A stretch of DNA of 64,000 bases from Octopus bimaculoides (GCF_001194135.2 NC_068988.1:50544227-50608226), one strand, 5' to 3'. Positions 1-14,900 are shown, counted from the first letter of the stretch. The notes: generated by a model from the sequence alone, not told the origin. Numbers and translations are program-made.

Positions 1-213
1 TTCTCTCACTCTTTCTTCCGGTTTCTGTTGTACCTGCATTTCAAAGGGCCAGCCTTGTCACACTGTGTCACGTTGAATATCCCCGAGAACTACGTTAAGG
101 GTACACGTGTCTGTGGAGTGCTCAGCCACTTGCACGTTAATTTCACGAGCAGGCCGTTCCATTGATCAGATCAACTGGAACCCTCGACGTCTTAAGTGAT
201 GGGGTGCCAACAA
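1..213 (+). mobile_element. tRNA-derived SINE with CAACAA tail (family A), 3' part; 5' end outside window
   Basis: Near-identical to the 3' half of the copies at 37734, 41491, 48412 and 62154. Confidence 0.9.
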
Positions 214-254
<41 letters not shown>

Positions 255-519
255 AGTGAGTGAAGGCACATGATCTAGTGGTCAGGGTGCTGCACTCACA
301 ATTTCATGATAGTGGTTTTGATTCCCAGGCCAGCAGTGTATTGTGTTCTAGAGCAAACCACTTTATTCCACATTGCTCCAGTTCACTCAGCTATAAACAA
401 GTAACATTGTGATAGACTGGTATTCTGTTTAGAAGTATGTTGGTATGGCATCATTTGGAAATTGCAACAATGTGAGGAAGCACATTGTGACCAGTGGGGT
501 TCTTTGATTATTACACCCA

Positions 520-1280
520 CCTCTATCCCTTTTAACCATCTCCCTTCATATTCTTGTGAAATTTTCCCGTGTCTGCTCACCCAGTCCTTTATTTTCCCTC
601 ACTGCACTTTGAGGGTATGTCCTGGTACATATCCACCACCACTATCTCTTCCACCCTCTCCATCCCTATCTTTCTCTGTAAGCCCATTTCTTCCTTCTTG
701 TATCTCTTCTACAAGCAAGACACCTATCTCTATCCCTCCATTCACTAGCATAACTGAGGGGAGGGGGAGTAGTGGTCGTCCGTCCTCGGTGGTAAACGGA
801 AGGGCCATCCCAAGTGGCACACTCTATATAGCTATGCTAGTGCCTCTATTACTCTTTAACCTCTCATCAACAAGCATAAAACCACCTCCCTCAATACTAC
901 TTCCCCTAGGTGAGAGGAGTGTCTTGCCTTGCAAGGTATTTGGTAGCTCCACCAGTGCTGGTGCCACAAACAAAGCATCCAACCATGCCAAAACAAATAA
1001 CAGAACTTACCAGCTCTAGTCAAACCGTCCAACCCACGTAAGCATGGAGAACGGATGTTAACCCTTTAGCATTTAAACTGGCCAAAATATTCTACCTGTT
1101 TTGGGTTCAAACAGACTAAATCTGGCCTCTTACACCTACCCTACAAAGTCATTCTAGAAATAAAGTCACATTATCAAAGATAACTCATGAATAATTCTAA
1201 ACAATGTAAATAAATAAGCATTACATTTGACAGAGTAATCTGAATGCTAAAGGATTAAGCGATAATGGTGATGATGATGA
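520..1280 (+). mobile_element. Long member of the (GAT)n-tailed retroposon family D (SINE or LINE 3' UTR), tail split by a MITE
   Basis: Ends CCAACCCA..AGCATGGAGAACGGATGTTAA|...|GCGATAATGGTGATGATGAT. The body shares segments with 19237-19568 and 59760-60350. Confidence 0.65.
1062..1254. mobile_element. piggyBac-type MITE
   Basis: TIRs CCCTTTAGCATT / AATGCTAAAGGA (11 of 12) flanked by TTAA at 1058-1061 and 1255-1258. A solo right end lies at ~46046-46094. Confidence 0.8.
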
Positions 1281-3163
1281 TATTTGTTCCTCCATGGAAG
1301 CCCTAATTTTATACATTTAAAAGAACGCTACTAGCCTCCAAGATTTTCTAGTGCTAAACTTTATAATATTCTCTTGTAGTTTCTGAAGGCAGTCATAAAC
1401 TGATGAAACTAAAATAGTTTTTAGCAACTGACATAGATGAGTGGCTGCCAAGCACCACATATCTTCCACTCCATCAGCCAAGCCTAACAGACAATGACCT
1501 ATCAAGAACATTTCAGTTTCAAGTATTTGTACACCTTAAATAGTTCTCTACCAAATTATCAATCATCAGATGACTTATGTAAGAAACTTAATTCAACAAA
1601 CTAGTTTGAAAGATAAATACAGATATTAACAATGCAAACCACATCATATTTTCAATACAAACCCATCACTCTCATTTATACACACACAAGGGTATGTAGA
1701 AGTACTTTCAGTCTTGCTTTAAAACAAGTTTGGGATTATAAACCAAAGGGAGAATACAGATGGAGCAACTGAAGGATTTCAACTTGGTTCTAGTTAGTGT
1801 TTGGGACTGCAAAGTTAGACCTAATTTTTTATAGAGATTATATGAAATCATATCCTATACAGGTTGTTATTGAATTTTCATTGATGCACATATATGCATG
1901 TATATGTAAATACACATACATGGATATAATTGGGCACCAGACAGCCTGCTAGCCAGCCAAAAGGTTATTGGTTCATATCCTGCACCTGTGGCCAGCTCTC
2001 TAGATAGCCCAGATTAGATAGCTGAAAGTATGGCTCATAGAGCAAGATCAATTCCTTGTTGTAGGCAGGAGCAATACACTGAGAAACTGTTTGTGAGTTT
2101 CTGTAGTGCTTTCTTTAACTCCACATGAGGTTGTGACCAGCAGAGAAGTTAAACCTCGCAGGTCCTATCTGAGGGCCACCCACTAATGGTATCTCTGATC
2201 ATGAAATCTCAAGTAACATGATAATCTTACAACAGATTAATCAACTGAAGAAAGAATGTAAAAGAGATGACTATCATACATTTATACAAATGCTCAAATA
2301 CAAATCTTTACACACACAAACAGGCACACATTTCAACATTTATGCACATACAAATATCTATATACATATATTTAGGCAAACTTCACTATATTACTGTTTT
2401 TTTTATTTTAAATGCTAAATAAATTGCTTTTCCTTTGACTAACTGCGTCAAAACAAAAAACCACTTCATTAAAAGCTACATTTCATATATGGCGCTACTG
2501 TCTGTAAAAGAAAGTTCTTTTATTTCCCTTTACAGTTCTCCGCTATATAAATTTGACTTTCATAAATTAATTATATTTGAACAAGCTGTTTGCTTTTATT
2601 ATTTTTTTTATTTATTATTTTTATTTATTTTCTCTTTGGCTTGATTAAAGATTCTTACTAACAAGCAGAAAGTATAGTATTAAATATAAATACTGAATTA
2701 TTTTTCCTACAGTCATAATAAATATTAAGAAAAATGAAAGATAAAAATAAAACACATTAATTTAATTGCATTTCTGACAATCAAAAAACAAAAAACAAAA
2801 AAACAAAAACAAAAACAAAACAAATGTAATTCACGTAACCAACCAGGTCAAGTCATTAAAGAGTCTGGTAACTGAGTATTCTATAAGATTTACTAATATT
2901 CATTTGCAAACAACAGAGGAAAGATTTTGGTACTGCTGAAAAGTGGTACACAATACATGTGCAACTAAGTAATGCAAATGCAATGCATATTTTCAACATT
3001 AAATTATGCAGCATATGAGAAAAATATATAAAACAAAGAAAAAAAAAAATGCCTAGAATATAGAAATGAAACCTTGCTCCCCACAACAGAGTTACTTGTG
3101 TGAATACACTCAATCATAAACTCAATATTTATTTACTGTGAAAAGAGCACAAATAAAGCTTAC

Positions 3164-3325
3164 CAGTTCCATCCTCATCAAAACAAGCAAATGCATTCTT
3201 TATCACATCCTCGGGATCTGTTCCATTTAATTTATCTCCAAACATGGTAAGAAACAGAGTGAAATTGATGGGGCCCGTAGCATCATTTACCATATCATTC
3301 AGATAATTATCATCAGGGTCTTTGC
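3164..3325 (-). CDS. MYL12/sqh: Myosin regulatory light chain coding exon 2 (162 nt)
   Basis: Acceptor ttttccttcttacag|GC, donor ACTG|gtaagc at 3163. Encodes (G)[10 protein letters not shown]...[10 protein letters not shown](G), phase 1 at both ends. Confidence 0.97.
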
Positions 3326-5880
3326 CTGTAAGAAGGAAAAAGAAAAAAAAAATTACTATAATACAAGAGGGAATGTTTACAGAGTGAGAGTTCACCCAAT
3401 ACACTCTTTAAAGTGGTTGGATTTAGGAAGGGCGTCCAGCCATAGAAACAGGGCCAAAACAGACAATAACACTTGATACAGTCCTTTTGCTCACCAACTC
3501 CTGTCAAACTGTTCAACCCATGCTAGCATGGAAAATGGATATGAAATGATGATGATGAAGAATTTATTTCAGATTTTCACGAAAAGGTTTTTAAGGAGAA
3601 CAAGATGGGTGCTAAAGGCAAAAAATTTATTGAATCAATCAGTACATAATTTGGTACCTATCTTACTGATCTTGGCAGTATGCTAAAGACATTACAAGAA
3701 TATTAGCATTTTTCAGTACACTATAATACATCAGAAGATTGATGACTGAAGCATTACCAGACTACTATACCTAATTCAATACATCATTGTTCTTAGTTCA
3801 AATCTAGCCAGATACCCTCTACCTTATGTTGCAATACAATTGACAAATACTAGTAATAACCTAATGTGAAATAATTTATTTGCAAAAGTCCCTTATAAAA
3901 CAGTACAACTACTTTCACAGAAACCATATTTCTCTTTGAAAGGGAAAATAAGATATTTATCATCAGAAACATTTTGAAAAGTTCTTTGAATGTGACTTCA
4001 AAAGCAAAAACATATTGTCAAAAAAGACACTTCTTGACTGATGTGAGTAACAATTTTGGTTGACTGGAATTCTCAAGATCACTATAAAAAATATTTCCAG
4101 CTATTGACTGTTACAAATGACTAACTTATTAGACAGCAGATCTAAAGGCCAAAATATTTTATATGAACCCTGGCACTGTACTATGTTCTGTTACAAAGAC
4201 ATTTATTCATCTTGCTTCACATCCAAAACTAAAGTACCAAGTCAGAGGTAATTAGGCTAAATACCACATATTATAATGGTCATGTCAGCTAAAACAACTA
4301 TAATGTGAAACTGATGTGTTTCAAACTAAGTGACGTATCTGTTACATTATCTACAAGAAAGAGCAACCAAATTTCTCTCAAATTACATGCTACAGCCTTA
4401 AAAAAGAAGTAAACAGCAGATAATGTAGTCCTAAGTAAACAATGTTGGACAGACATAGTGAGACCCCGCATAATGAGGATGTTGGTCTGTTCAATCAAGA
4501 CATTCCTGGGCATCAGTAACAACTTAGATCTTTCATAATAATCATGAAAAGTTTCAATCTATAGGTACTTCTTTCATTGATGGATAGAGGAAATATATAG
4601 AAGCTTTGTTAATGTGAGAAAGTTGGCAGCTTATTCAATAAGTTGGTTAACCATAAAGTCCTTAAAGCATTCTTCAAACAGGATAATGTGGTTGACCATG
4701 ATACTTAAAAATTGAACTAGCTATCAAGAGCAATGACCTAGTTACTCAGAGCAAGGAATATTTTGTAAGTAAGTTCACTAATGTAAATATGCCTTGATCT
4801 AAAGATAAAATTTGAAACCATGCAATCAATCATAACATTGCAATTATGTCAACTATTTCCAATGGAATGTCTACTTTGTGCCATCAACAAATGTTGGTAT
4901 TCCAACAACAAAAACTATTGACATTCAGCTCTAATAAATGGGTCATAAGACAACAACTGCATGTTTGAAGCGGCTATGGGTTTATCTCCCTGCATCAGTT
5001 CTTAGCTGCAAAGAAGGTACTGTATTTTTACTTTCAAAACAACATGGACCACAAGAAAGGCTTAGTTTGCTTTGTCTTTCAGAACATTTCAACAGAATTA
5101 CAAAATAGCATAAAGTGTTAAATCAATAGTGCCACAGAATAAATAAAGAAGACTGCTATCAAATAACACTGTTTTCATGGCTGAAGACATCAATAGTTAC
5201 AAGACAGCATTATCACGTGGACAAAGAAAGAAAAAAGGCTGCAGATGGGCAGAATCATTTGAGCATCAAACACAAAGCAGTGTAGAAGTTTTTTGGTTTT
5301 CTTCACTCTGAGCTCAAATCCCAATAAAGTCAACTTTACTTCTCATTTCTCAGGTGCTGAGAAAATATAGCACTTGCTAAATACTGGGATTGATGTAATC
5401 AATTAATCACTTCCCTTGACAACTACTGGGCCCATGCCAAAATTAGAAAATTATTATGTTGGGCAATATCTTTTGTAGCCACCAGGGTCCCAAAGAGAGT
5501 GATGTATGTGTGTATATGTAGAGGGAGAAAGATATACACACATGCATTATATAAAAAAAGAGAAGGAAAGGCAAAACTAACTTCAGTGTGAGCAATGAAG
5601 CATGAAACTAACTCTCAACCAGAAGATATATTCTCTTGGGTTAATCAATAACAATAACTTCTCACTGAAAACACTACTTGAGATTGAACATCTAGGGCAC
5701 GCTTCTACGATTTGAGGAGGATTGCTGGGAAACCATTAGGACCAGCAGTTGAGATTGCATCCACCTCATTTATGGCTAGTAGTATATCTTCTTCGCTAAT
5801 GTTGATGTAATCCATTGTAACTACCTCGCTGGTTATGGATGAGGCAGCAAAGATTTATATATATATATACATGTATATAT

Positions 5881-5911
<31 letters not shown>

Positions 5912-8900
5912 GCAGGCCTGCCAGACTGGCGCCTGTGCCGGTGGCATGCAAAAAGCACCCACTACACTCTCGGAGTGGTTGGCGTAAGGAAGGCCATTCA
6001 TCTGTAGAAACATTGCCAGATCAGACTGGAGCCTGGTGCAGCTGCTGGTTCTCCAGACCTCAGTCAAACCATCCAACCCATGCCAGCATGGAAAACAGAT
6101 GTTAAACGATGATGATGATAATCACCTGCAAAATTTTCAGATTCTGATATAAAACATGATTGCACCAAGATTTAATATAATTTTATTATGCAAGTCCTTG
6201 CCTTTTTGTAGTTATTACTTGCAAAATATCTGGAAAATGCAAATGCTGAATGGGATAACCTAAGAAAATAAATACCACTGCACAAAACTAGCATCTGTTT
6301 CAGTGAAAAATATTCTTTTTTGTTTTGGCAAAACAGAGGAAGGGTTGGGGGCAGCCATTTGTAAAATGCTCTTCTGTAAAAGGGGGTACTGAGCTACCAA
6401 AAGGTTGAGGACTAGTGCTCTATACCAACACATCCTCTACACCACAACTCACATTTTAAACAACTACCATGCAATAATGTAACAGAACTCATACTGTAAA
6501 TACTCTGCATAGTCATGACCTGACATTATAATCTGGCTCATAATACATACTCTACACAATTACCGCCTGAACACTAAAGGACATAACACAACACACATGA
6601 AACACAAGCATCACCCAACAAAACAATAAGGTACTGTAATAACACCAGAAATACTACACGGAGTTCTGAGTTCAAATTCCGCCGAGGTTGACTTTGCCTT
6701 TCATCCTTTCGGGGTTGATAAATTAAGTACCAGTTATGCACTGGGGATCGATGTAATCGACTTAATCCCTTTGTCTGTCCTTGTTTGTCCCCTCTATGTT
6801 TAGCCCCTTGTGAGCAATAAAGAAATAAGAAATACTCCATGTGCCACATGCCACACACACATACACTCACAGAGCAAAGCAAAACTGATATAGAATACAA
6901 AATACACTTCTACAGTCCCAAAAGACAATGCTGCAAGTACATGAAAAATACAGAGGTGCATGAGATAGTGAAATAAAGCCTCACATGAAACCATTGAAAA
7001 CAGGATGATGATACTATTATTTTCTAACACATGCACAAGATCACAGGTTTTGGTTGAGGAGAATAGTCAAGTACATCAACTCCAGAACATATTTTGTCAC
7101 TCCTGGAAGAGAGCATGAAAGGCAAAGTAGACCTTAGTGAAATTAAATTCAGAACTAAATAAAGTAAAACATTTTTCCCTTGGTTCCCCTGAGACTGTTA
7201 GTCAATTGTCATAATTTCTAAACACTGGTACACCAAACAAGTTTGAAGAAGGAAGAGTGTAGTTAATTAAATTGACTTTATTTATCAAAAATATGAAGAA
7301 GGAAGAAAAGGAAAGGTAACTCCTATTGGTAGTTATTTTAAATTTTAACAATTCCCAAAAGATGAGCAAGACAGTGAATCTTTGTGGTGATCAAATGCAA
7401 GAACTGGGACATAAAGATGATTTTGTATGCAATTTCTCAGTCATAAATTATTCCAGACAAGATAACTTAGCTACTGCAACAATGAACAAGTTTGAAATGT
7501 AACTTTTAAACTCTTTTTGCATGATTATTTTTAGTCTGTTGTAGTGAAATCAGGCTAAAAGAACCAACAAAAACAAACTACTACATTGTGGAGCAACAAC
7601 AATAAATAAACAGCAGCTAATCTAATTTCAAGTAGAATAGATATAAATTACCAGAATAACAGTAGATAATTATTTTTTCAGTTTATTCTGGCCTACTAAA
7701 AAATGACTGGCCATAGTATTGGACAAATGCCTTGCAGTTTTTGTTCTGACTTTTTACAGTTTTAATTAAAATCCAGGCAAGGTCACCATTGCCTTTCATC
7801 TCACTGCAGTCAATAAAAGAGAGCATCAGCCAAGCTCTGGAGTTAGTGTAACCTTACGTCCTTCCATGAAGTTTCAAATCTTGTGGCTATGTTGAAGAGG
7901 GATTTGAATTCAGAAGGTAAAAGACCCAAAAGAAATACCACAAGGCATTTTGTTTGACACTCTAAAAATACTGCCAAGGCTAGAAATTTGTGAAAGAAAG
8001 GTTAGACAAGTTAAATTGATTCCATTACTTGAATTGTACTTAATTTTACTAATAGTGAAAGGAGGAAAGGCAAATATAATAATAATCCTTTCTACTATAT
8101 ATTACACAAGGCTAGCAATTTTGCGGGAAGAGATGAGCCAATTACATTGACCCCAGTTCTCAACTGGTACTTATTTTATCGACCCCGAAAGAGATGAAAG
8201 ACAAAGTCAACCATGGCAGAAATTGAACTCAGACTGTAAAGATGGACAAGATGCTGCTAATCCTTTTGCTCGGTGTGCTAAAGATTCTGCAGCTCACAGC
8301 TTGGTTTCTGATTCAGGTACATGGTCAGTAATTTTTTAGGGAAGTGGGTGAGTAGATACCTGACTTTATTTTATTATCCTCAAAAGGATGAAAGGTAAAG
8401 CTGATTTAAGTGGGGTTTGAATTCAGAGTGTAAAGAGTTGGGAAAAATGTGGCAAAGTTTTTTTTTCTGAAACTCAGCCAAAAACCATGCAATGTTTCAA
8501 TGGGCATTGTGAAATATCCTGCCTATACATAATTTGAATTTCTTTCAATGTAATAGGCTTCATGGAATTTGGTTCGTGATTGCAGATGTTACAAAAGCTG
8601 GACATTTATAGGAATCTGCCTGTGTTCGTATTTCAGAGTTATCTACTGCCAAATCTATTCTTTCTGAATTAAGAAGCAATGAATCACTTCTAGTTAAATC
8701 TACCCAATATGATACATCTGCTTCTTCATCTCTCATCATCACTATTGTCATATTGTACATCAGATCCATGGTAAGTAGCTTGCTTACCAACCACATGGTT
8801 CGGGTTCATTCCCACTGCATGGCACCTTGGGCAAATATCTTCTACTATAGCCTCGGGCCGACCAAAGCCTTGTGAGTGGATTTGGTAGATGGAAACTGAA

Positions 8901-11900
8901 AGAAGACTGTCGTATATATGTATGTGTGTCTGTGTTTGTTCCCCCAACAACGCTTGACAACCGATGGTATTGTGTTTACGTCCCTGTAACATAGCGGTTC
9001 GGCAACATGGACCGATAGAATAAGTACTAGGCTTACAAAGAATAAGTCCTGGGGTCGATTTGCTCGACTAAAGGCGGTGCTCCAGCATGGTCGCAGTCAA
9101 ATGACTGAAACAAGTAAAAGAGTAATCTTCCAGCCTTACAAATTTCTTCACAAACTCATTTTAACCACAAGGCATTGATTTTCAGATATTCAGTCTGAGT
9201 ATCAAAGCTACTGGAGTTTACATGCTAGAGAGGGTTTTGTCAAATTAAAATAATCTAAAAAAAAGTGTAGGTTTTCATACATATATGCATAGAACACAAT
9301 ACCTTGCCATTTAAACAACCAAACAGTAAAGTACCACCACAACCACCTGCTTTACTTTCCTCTTATGATCCACATCATTACTTTAAAACCCCACTCTACT
9401 AACTAGTTCTTCAACACACCAGCCAATGTGACAGTCCTCCTCCTCTCTCTACCTTCCACTCTACGAGCTAAATACTACCTTCTATATAACTCTGTGCCCC
9501 AGTTTACTCTTCTACTCTTCCAACACACAAGCAGTCACAATTGTTGCATAAAAAAACTGTCCAAATAAAAACTAATTTTGCAATGTTAACCAGTTGTTTA
9601 CTCTCCCCCGAATCTATTCACTCACTGGTTCTCTTCTTTTCTTCCCTGTCCTTAAATATTTCAGAAGGGAAAGAGGGGAGATTAGGCGAGAACATGTTCT
9701 AGGACAGTTACATACCCTTTACAGGCCATCTTTTTTTTATTGTTTAATTTAGGTGGAAGTGAGGAAGCAGAATGAAAAGGGGATTCAAAGAGAAACTTAG
9801 GATCATGAATGATGGTGGGAAAGTGGAGTGAGGTGGCTAATTCAAAGTGAGAATGTAAGAAGAGGTAAGTGAGAGTGAGGGAAGAAGGTTAAAAAAAGGA
9901 GCAAAGAGAACCACAATAGACAAATAATAAGAGGCACTTAACACAAAACCAGAAACATGACAATAAACACAATATTAGAGACACAACAACATTACAGACT
10001 GAGCACAACACTAAAGAGAACACTATATATAGATACAACACAACACTTAAGACATAACATTGTAGACACAACATAATTCTAGTTAAGACATTACTCAACT
10101 ATGAACATAGCATAACAACAGAAATAGAACTCTGTAGCAGGACACTAGCCGTATAATACTAATTAACATCAATTTCAATGTGAGAAGTGATGAGATAAGA
10201 ATGGAGTATTTGTGGCTTACAAACTGGTTGTTAATGTATCAGTTACATGAGTAAGTTACCTAGAGTGAAGCCAAAGAGATCGACATACAAACACACATAC
10301 AGATGAACAGAATGAAACAAATATTGATAGTCACACACACAATCATACTAATAATAATAATCATTGGTTGCTTGGTAATGCAACATTATATAGATATACT
10401 CTCCCTCCTTCTTCCACTATCTACTATTATTACAAGACACCTCATTTCCTCTACTACTATTACTAAACCTCTCAGAATACAATTACAACTAATAATTTAT
10501 CACCTCTACCTTCATCTCCTACTATTACAACTTCTCTAACCTTTCCTCCTCAATTTCCTTCTCATTCTACAACTTTCCTCCTATCCCAACAATCTCCAAA
10601 ATTTACTTTTTCATTGCTAGTGTGTAAAAGCCTTTATTTTCACAATAGAGTGTTACCTATCATATGACAAGTAATGTTGGGAATATACATTGTTCCAGGG
10701 TAGATAATATCAGGTAATTTTACATAGGTACACTAATTGATTTTTCTGTCTGTTAGTTACATGAAATTGATCATTTTGTAAACAAAGTAATATACTGTCC
10801 TTGAGAATAATAGAATCAGAACATTATAGTATTATTGTAATTGATAAATTAAACAGTATTATCACTATTGATAAGATATATTTATTGCAAATATAGAAAT
10901 GAGAAATTTGTCTTGTTTAATTTATTTTAGTTCAATAAATATTGTTCAATTATTTTGTGGAAGAACCTTGAAATTTGAAGAAGAATATTGAAATTTGGTG
11001 TTTATACATGAATAATCATTTTTTTTTCATTTTCATTTTATCTAGTTTCAGCTCGTGAGCTGTGGCCATGCTGGGGCACTGCCATTGTTCATGTAAAACA
11101 ACAAAATACCTGATGCAAGGAGCTTGCTAATAGAGGGGCCATGAAATACAAAACAATGGTTATCTCAACAAAGCTGGTGGTTGGTACAACTGAAGCATGC
11201 TACATTGGTATGATAGAAGGGAAATTCAAAATAAGATTTTACAATTATCTTTCAGAAACCTGGATAAATGGAATGCAACAAAACTCTCAAGTTATATCTA
11301 GTCTTTAAAATAAAATGCTTTAAATTATATCATCTGGAAGATTGTTGAAAGTTCAAGATCAAGGACTTATAAAAATAGTAGCAACATATGTGACCTATGC
11401 ACTAAAAGAAAAGGATGATCTTAATTCAATGAAATCAGAGATTTACTTAAAAGCTAAGTTGGAAGCATTTAGAAAATGTAATCACACAGATAAATTAATC
11501 TCATGTATCTGAATGTAGCCACCTTGATTTAGATATTGTGTTTATGAGCCTGCAAAGAGGTAAATGCATGTATGCATAGTTTTTGGAAATGAACACAACC
11601 CCTGATACTACATCTGTCTGTCCAAGCCAGACGATAAACACATATTGCTGCTATTATGTTAAGCTGTTGTATGTTCAACTTTGGCCAAATGTGTTTTTTC
11701 AGTATCTAATTTTGCTTGCAATAGCTGGATCTTTTGATCAAACTATCATATCTCCAGCTGCTAAGATATGAAAATTGTCAAAGTGTAGTACAATGGTTTA
11801 GCATTTTCCAAAAGTGTAGTAAGTCCCACATATGACAGGTTTGAAAAAATATTTCTGACTGAAATTATCATACATGTATGGTGTTATGATTTTATGCACC

Positions 11901-14900
11901 CAACAAAATATTATTGTTAATCTGAATCCATTGCTAATGTAAAAAGAAATGGAATGGTGAAACTACTTTTACGTTTTCTGAAAAAGCAATGTTTTGGACT
12001 TACGACACTTTTGCATAATAGCAACAATATTCTTTCTTTTCCTTTTTACTTCTTCATCTTATCATTGCACTGGAATTATATTTTAATCCTCATCTTATTT
12101 TCTTATTCAATCTTTCTTAATTGCTACCGTTGGAACTTAACAACTCCACATCATAAAGGACACAATACTTTTACTTAATTCATCACTTACTTCCCTATAA
12201 TCAGAAATTGTAAACGATCTTAATTTTTCCCAGGATGTATTGAATGCTCTAAATGGAAGTAGATAGGAACTCCTCTTAATTCTCAATGACATATTACTTG
12301 GTTGATGTTGTCCGGATATCCACAAATTATCTAGATGTCTGAAGACATCTGTTTTAATATTTTAAGATGGAACTTGTCAAAACCAAATAGATGCCAATAT
12401 ATAATTTAATTCATGCATCAATTATATTATGTACTCTTCACTCTTTGACATAAAAACAGCCAAACATAAATTGAAGGATCAGACAGACAGATTGATGAAG
12501 GCTGCTAAGCTGAAACATTCAAGTTGCTATCAACCTTTTCCTTGTAAAAATAACACACAGATACACATGCACTCTCTTTTCTAAAATTTTCATTGATCTC
12601 TGAGGCAGATGTGTTTTAAATTAAAAAAAGCATAAAAAAAACAAAAGAGCTTACAATAACATAACACAGTCTAACACTACAAAATATAATACCAGTTCTT
12701 GTGGAAACAAAAACACAAAATAGTTCTATTTCCATTCAAATTACAAAATGTTGATATGTTTAGAAATGTTAAAGGGTAGAAAATGCGATAGAACAAACAT
12801 TTTAATGACAGAAAAAAAAAAAAAAAAATTAACTGTGGTACAAAACACTTTCCTACACAAACATCTGTGCTCTACATTCCAATGTAGAAGCCTGGGACTA
12901 GGTGACCATCCCCTACAAGTGTACTTCAGATTCCTACTCAGACTTTTCACCCTCCATCATCTATAACTCATTTCTGCTCTTCAGGGTAACTACAGCTTTT
13001 ATTGGAAAGGCTATTTCTACTGCCCTATCTCTTCTCAATCAAAACTGAAGAGTTTGTGTAAGGAGAAAGGGCAGATGCTATTATATGGTGCACTATTTTG
13101 GACAATACTTGATAATGATTAATTTTGATTTATAGGTTAATATCATAAACTCTGCCATTAAAAAAAAAGATATAAAAAATATGAATAAAAAATTCCAAAA
13201 CAAAGGCATCTTCTTTCCTTCAAAATAAAAGCATTAAATTTGCTGGACCAAATTGCATGTATAACATGTAATATGAATTCAAATAATTTTTTAACTTAAA
13301 AAAAAAAAAGATTGTTTGGCTTTTCCTGAACCATTTCATAACTATTTAGCCATTTTTTAAAACCAGGTTTATAACCAAAATACACCAGGTTTCGATTATT
13401 TTCCAAAATATTCATGATTTTCAATAGAGTAACTGTATTGTGTTTTTCATTTAGTATATATTAAATTATTGTATGAAATATAACTTCACAGAATGTTCTT
13501 ACATAGAACTAATTTGGACCATTTCCCTACTGAAATCTCATTATCTGATTTTTAATTTGAATATGCACATTTGAATTGAGACAGTTTCAAGTGGGTTACT
13601 AATATGGAAGGGATCAGAGGTGTGTTGGGCAGGTTTACTATCAACATGATTAATGGGATAGAAGAAAACAAATCAGATAATGTCAGATTCATTCATGCCT
13701 CTCTCAAGGACATTACTAATTTGAATGAAGTGAAATGTCTCTAAGACAGACACTCTAAACTGTGTCACAGACATGGCTTGTCAAGAGTACTTGCAAGAGC
13801 AGTGTAGTATTTGCTATTTCACCCTGTTATGACCATGTTTCTAATGAGTTTCCATGTGTTTGAATTCATTTTGAAAATAATAAAAAAATCTGAAGGATCT
13901 TTCATTATTAAACTGGTGTTCTAAACACAACTTGACAAAAATGACTTGGATAAAATTATCATAGAACATTTAAATTTAAATGAGAACACTTTGAAGCATG
14001 CAAATTTCTATCAAAGAATCAGAGACAGTCTCAGATGAGTTGGTATCATAATGGCTAAAAGCTGACAATTTGTTTTAAACAGTCACCGCCAAAAACATTT
14101 AAAGGAGATAAAATGAATGAAGACAAATTGAAGAACATTTGAACTTAGAAACAAGTTACTGGTATTAGTAACAGTAAAACATCATCAAATTTGGCGTACT
14201 TGGTTGTCCATAGAACCATTTTTGAAAACATATTAAGATTAATAAAGTATATTAAAAAATGTAAGTAAAGAAAATTAAAGGTACCTATTTTTATCACATC
14301 TATTTAGGAAGTAGGAAGTTCTGTAGGCGTGGCTGCTTATTTTACTTCACTTAGTCTCATTCCAATCTGACAGTTCAGTTTTCAGCAAAACCTGCCCCCT
14401 CCACCAGACTTTTCTTTTTTTGTGATAAACATCAGAATCATACAATTGTAGGACATGAAGCCTAACAGAGTGAAACAAAATTTACACAATCTAAGACACT
14501 TGTGACTCTGTTATGGCTAGGTTCGGGTTGTTCAGTGGTTGGGGAGACTTTCTCACCCGCTACTAAAACATTTCACATTAATACCACTGTGATGTTGAAC
14601 ATGACATATGTATAAAGAAACAAGTAATACTCTTACCACACCACATAGCCTTTCTCTTCCTGCCCCACTTTTTTTAAAAACCATTTCACATGATTGTATG
14701 AAAGTCACAGCTTGTGAGAAAGGGTTAAGAGTTCAATATCAATTATAGTCCTAACTACTGATAGTCTACATCACCTAGCAGAAAATAAGAACTATAAGGA
14801 GGCATATTTCACTACTATATTATAGCTATGCCACTAACTTACCAGAGACAAAGCCAGCAATGCACTATGTCACTCTTCTAGTTAGTTGCTTGACTAGATC

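Noticed and set aside
1-3163. Final coding exon of the light chain
   Set aside because: I searched by eye for an MGDRF...HG-type exon on the minus strand and found none; it must lie left of position 1.
6564-6566. Possible 3-nt microexon (ttcag|GCG|gtaatt) adding one Gly
   Set aside because: This short pattern is expected several times by chance in a 22-kb AT-rich intron; no independent support.
12191-12348. 158-nt open minus-strand segment with AG and a strong GTAAGT donor, a possible cassette exon
   Set aside because: The acceptor lacks a pyrimidine tract, phases 1-0 would frameshift the light chain, and the frame continues into Penelope-like motifs, so a retroelement remnant explains it better.
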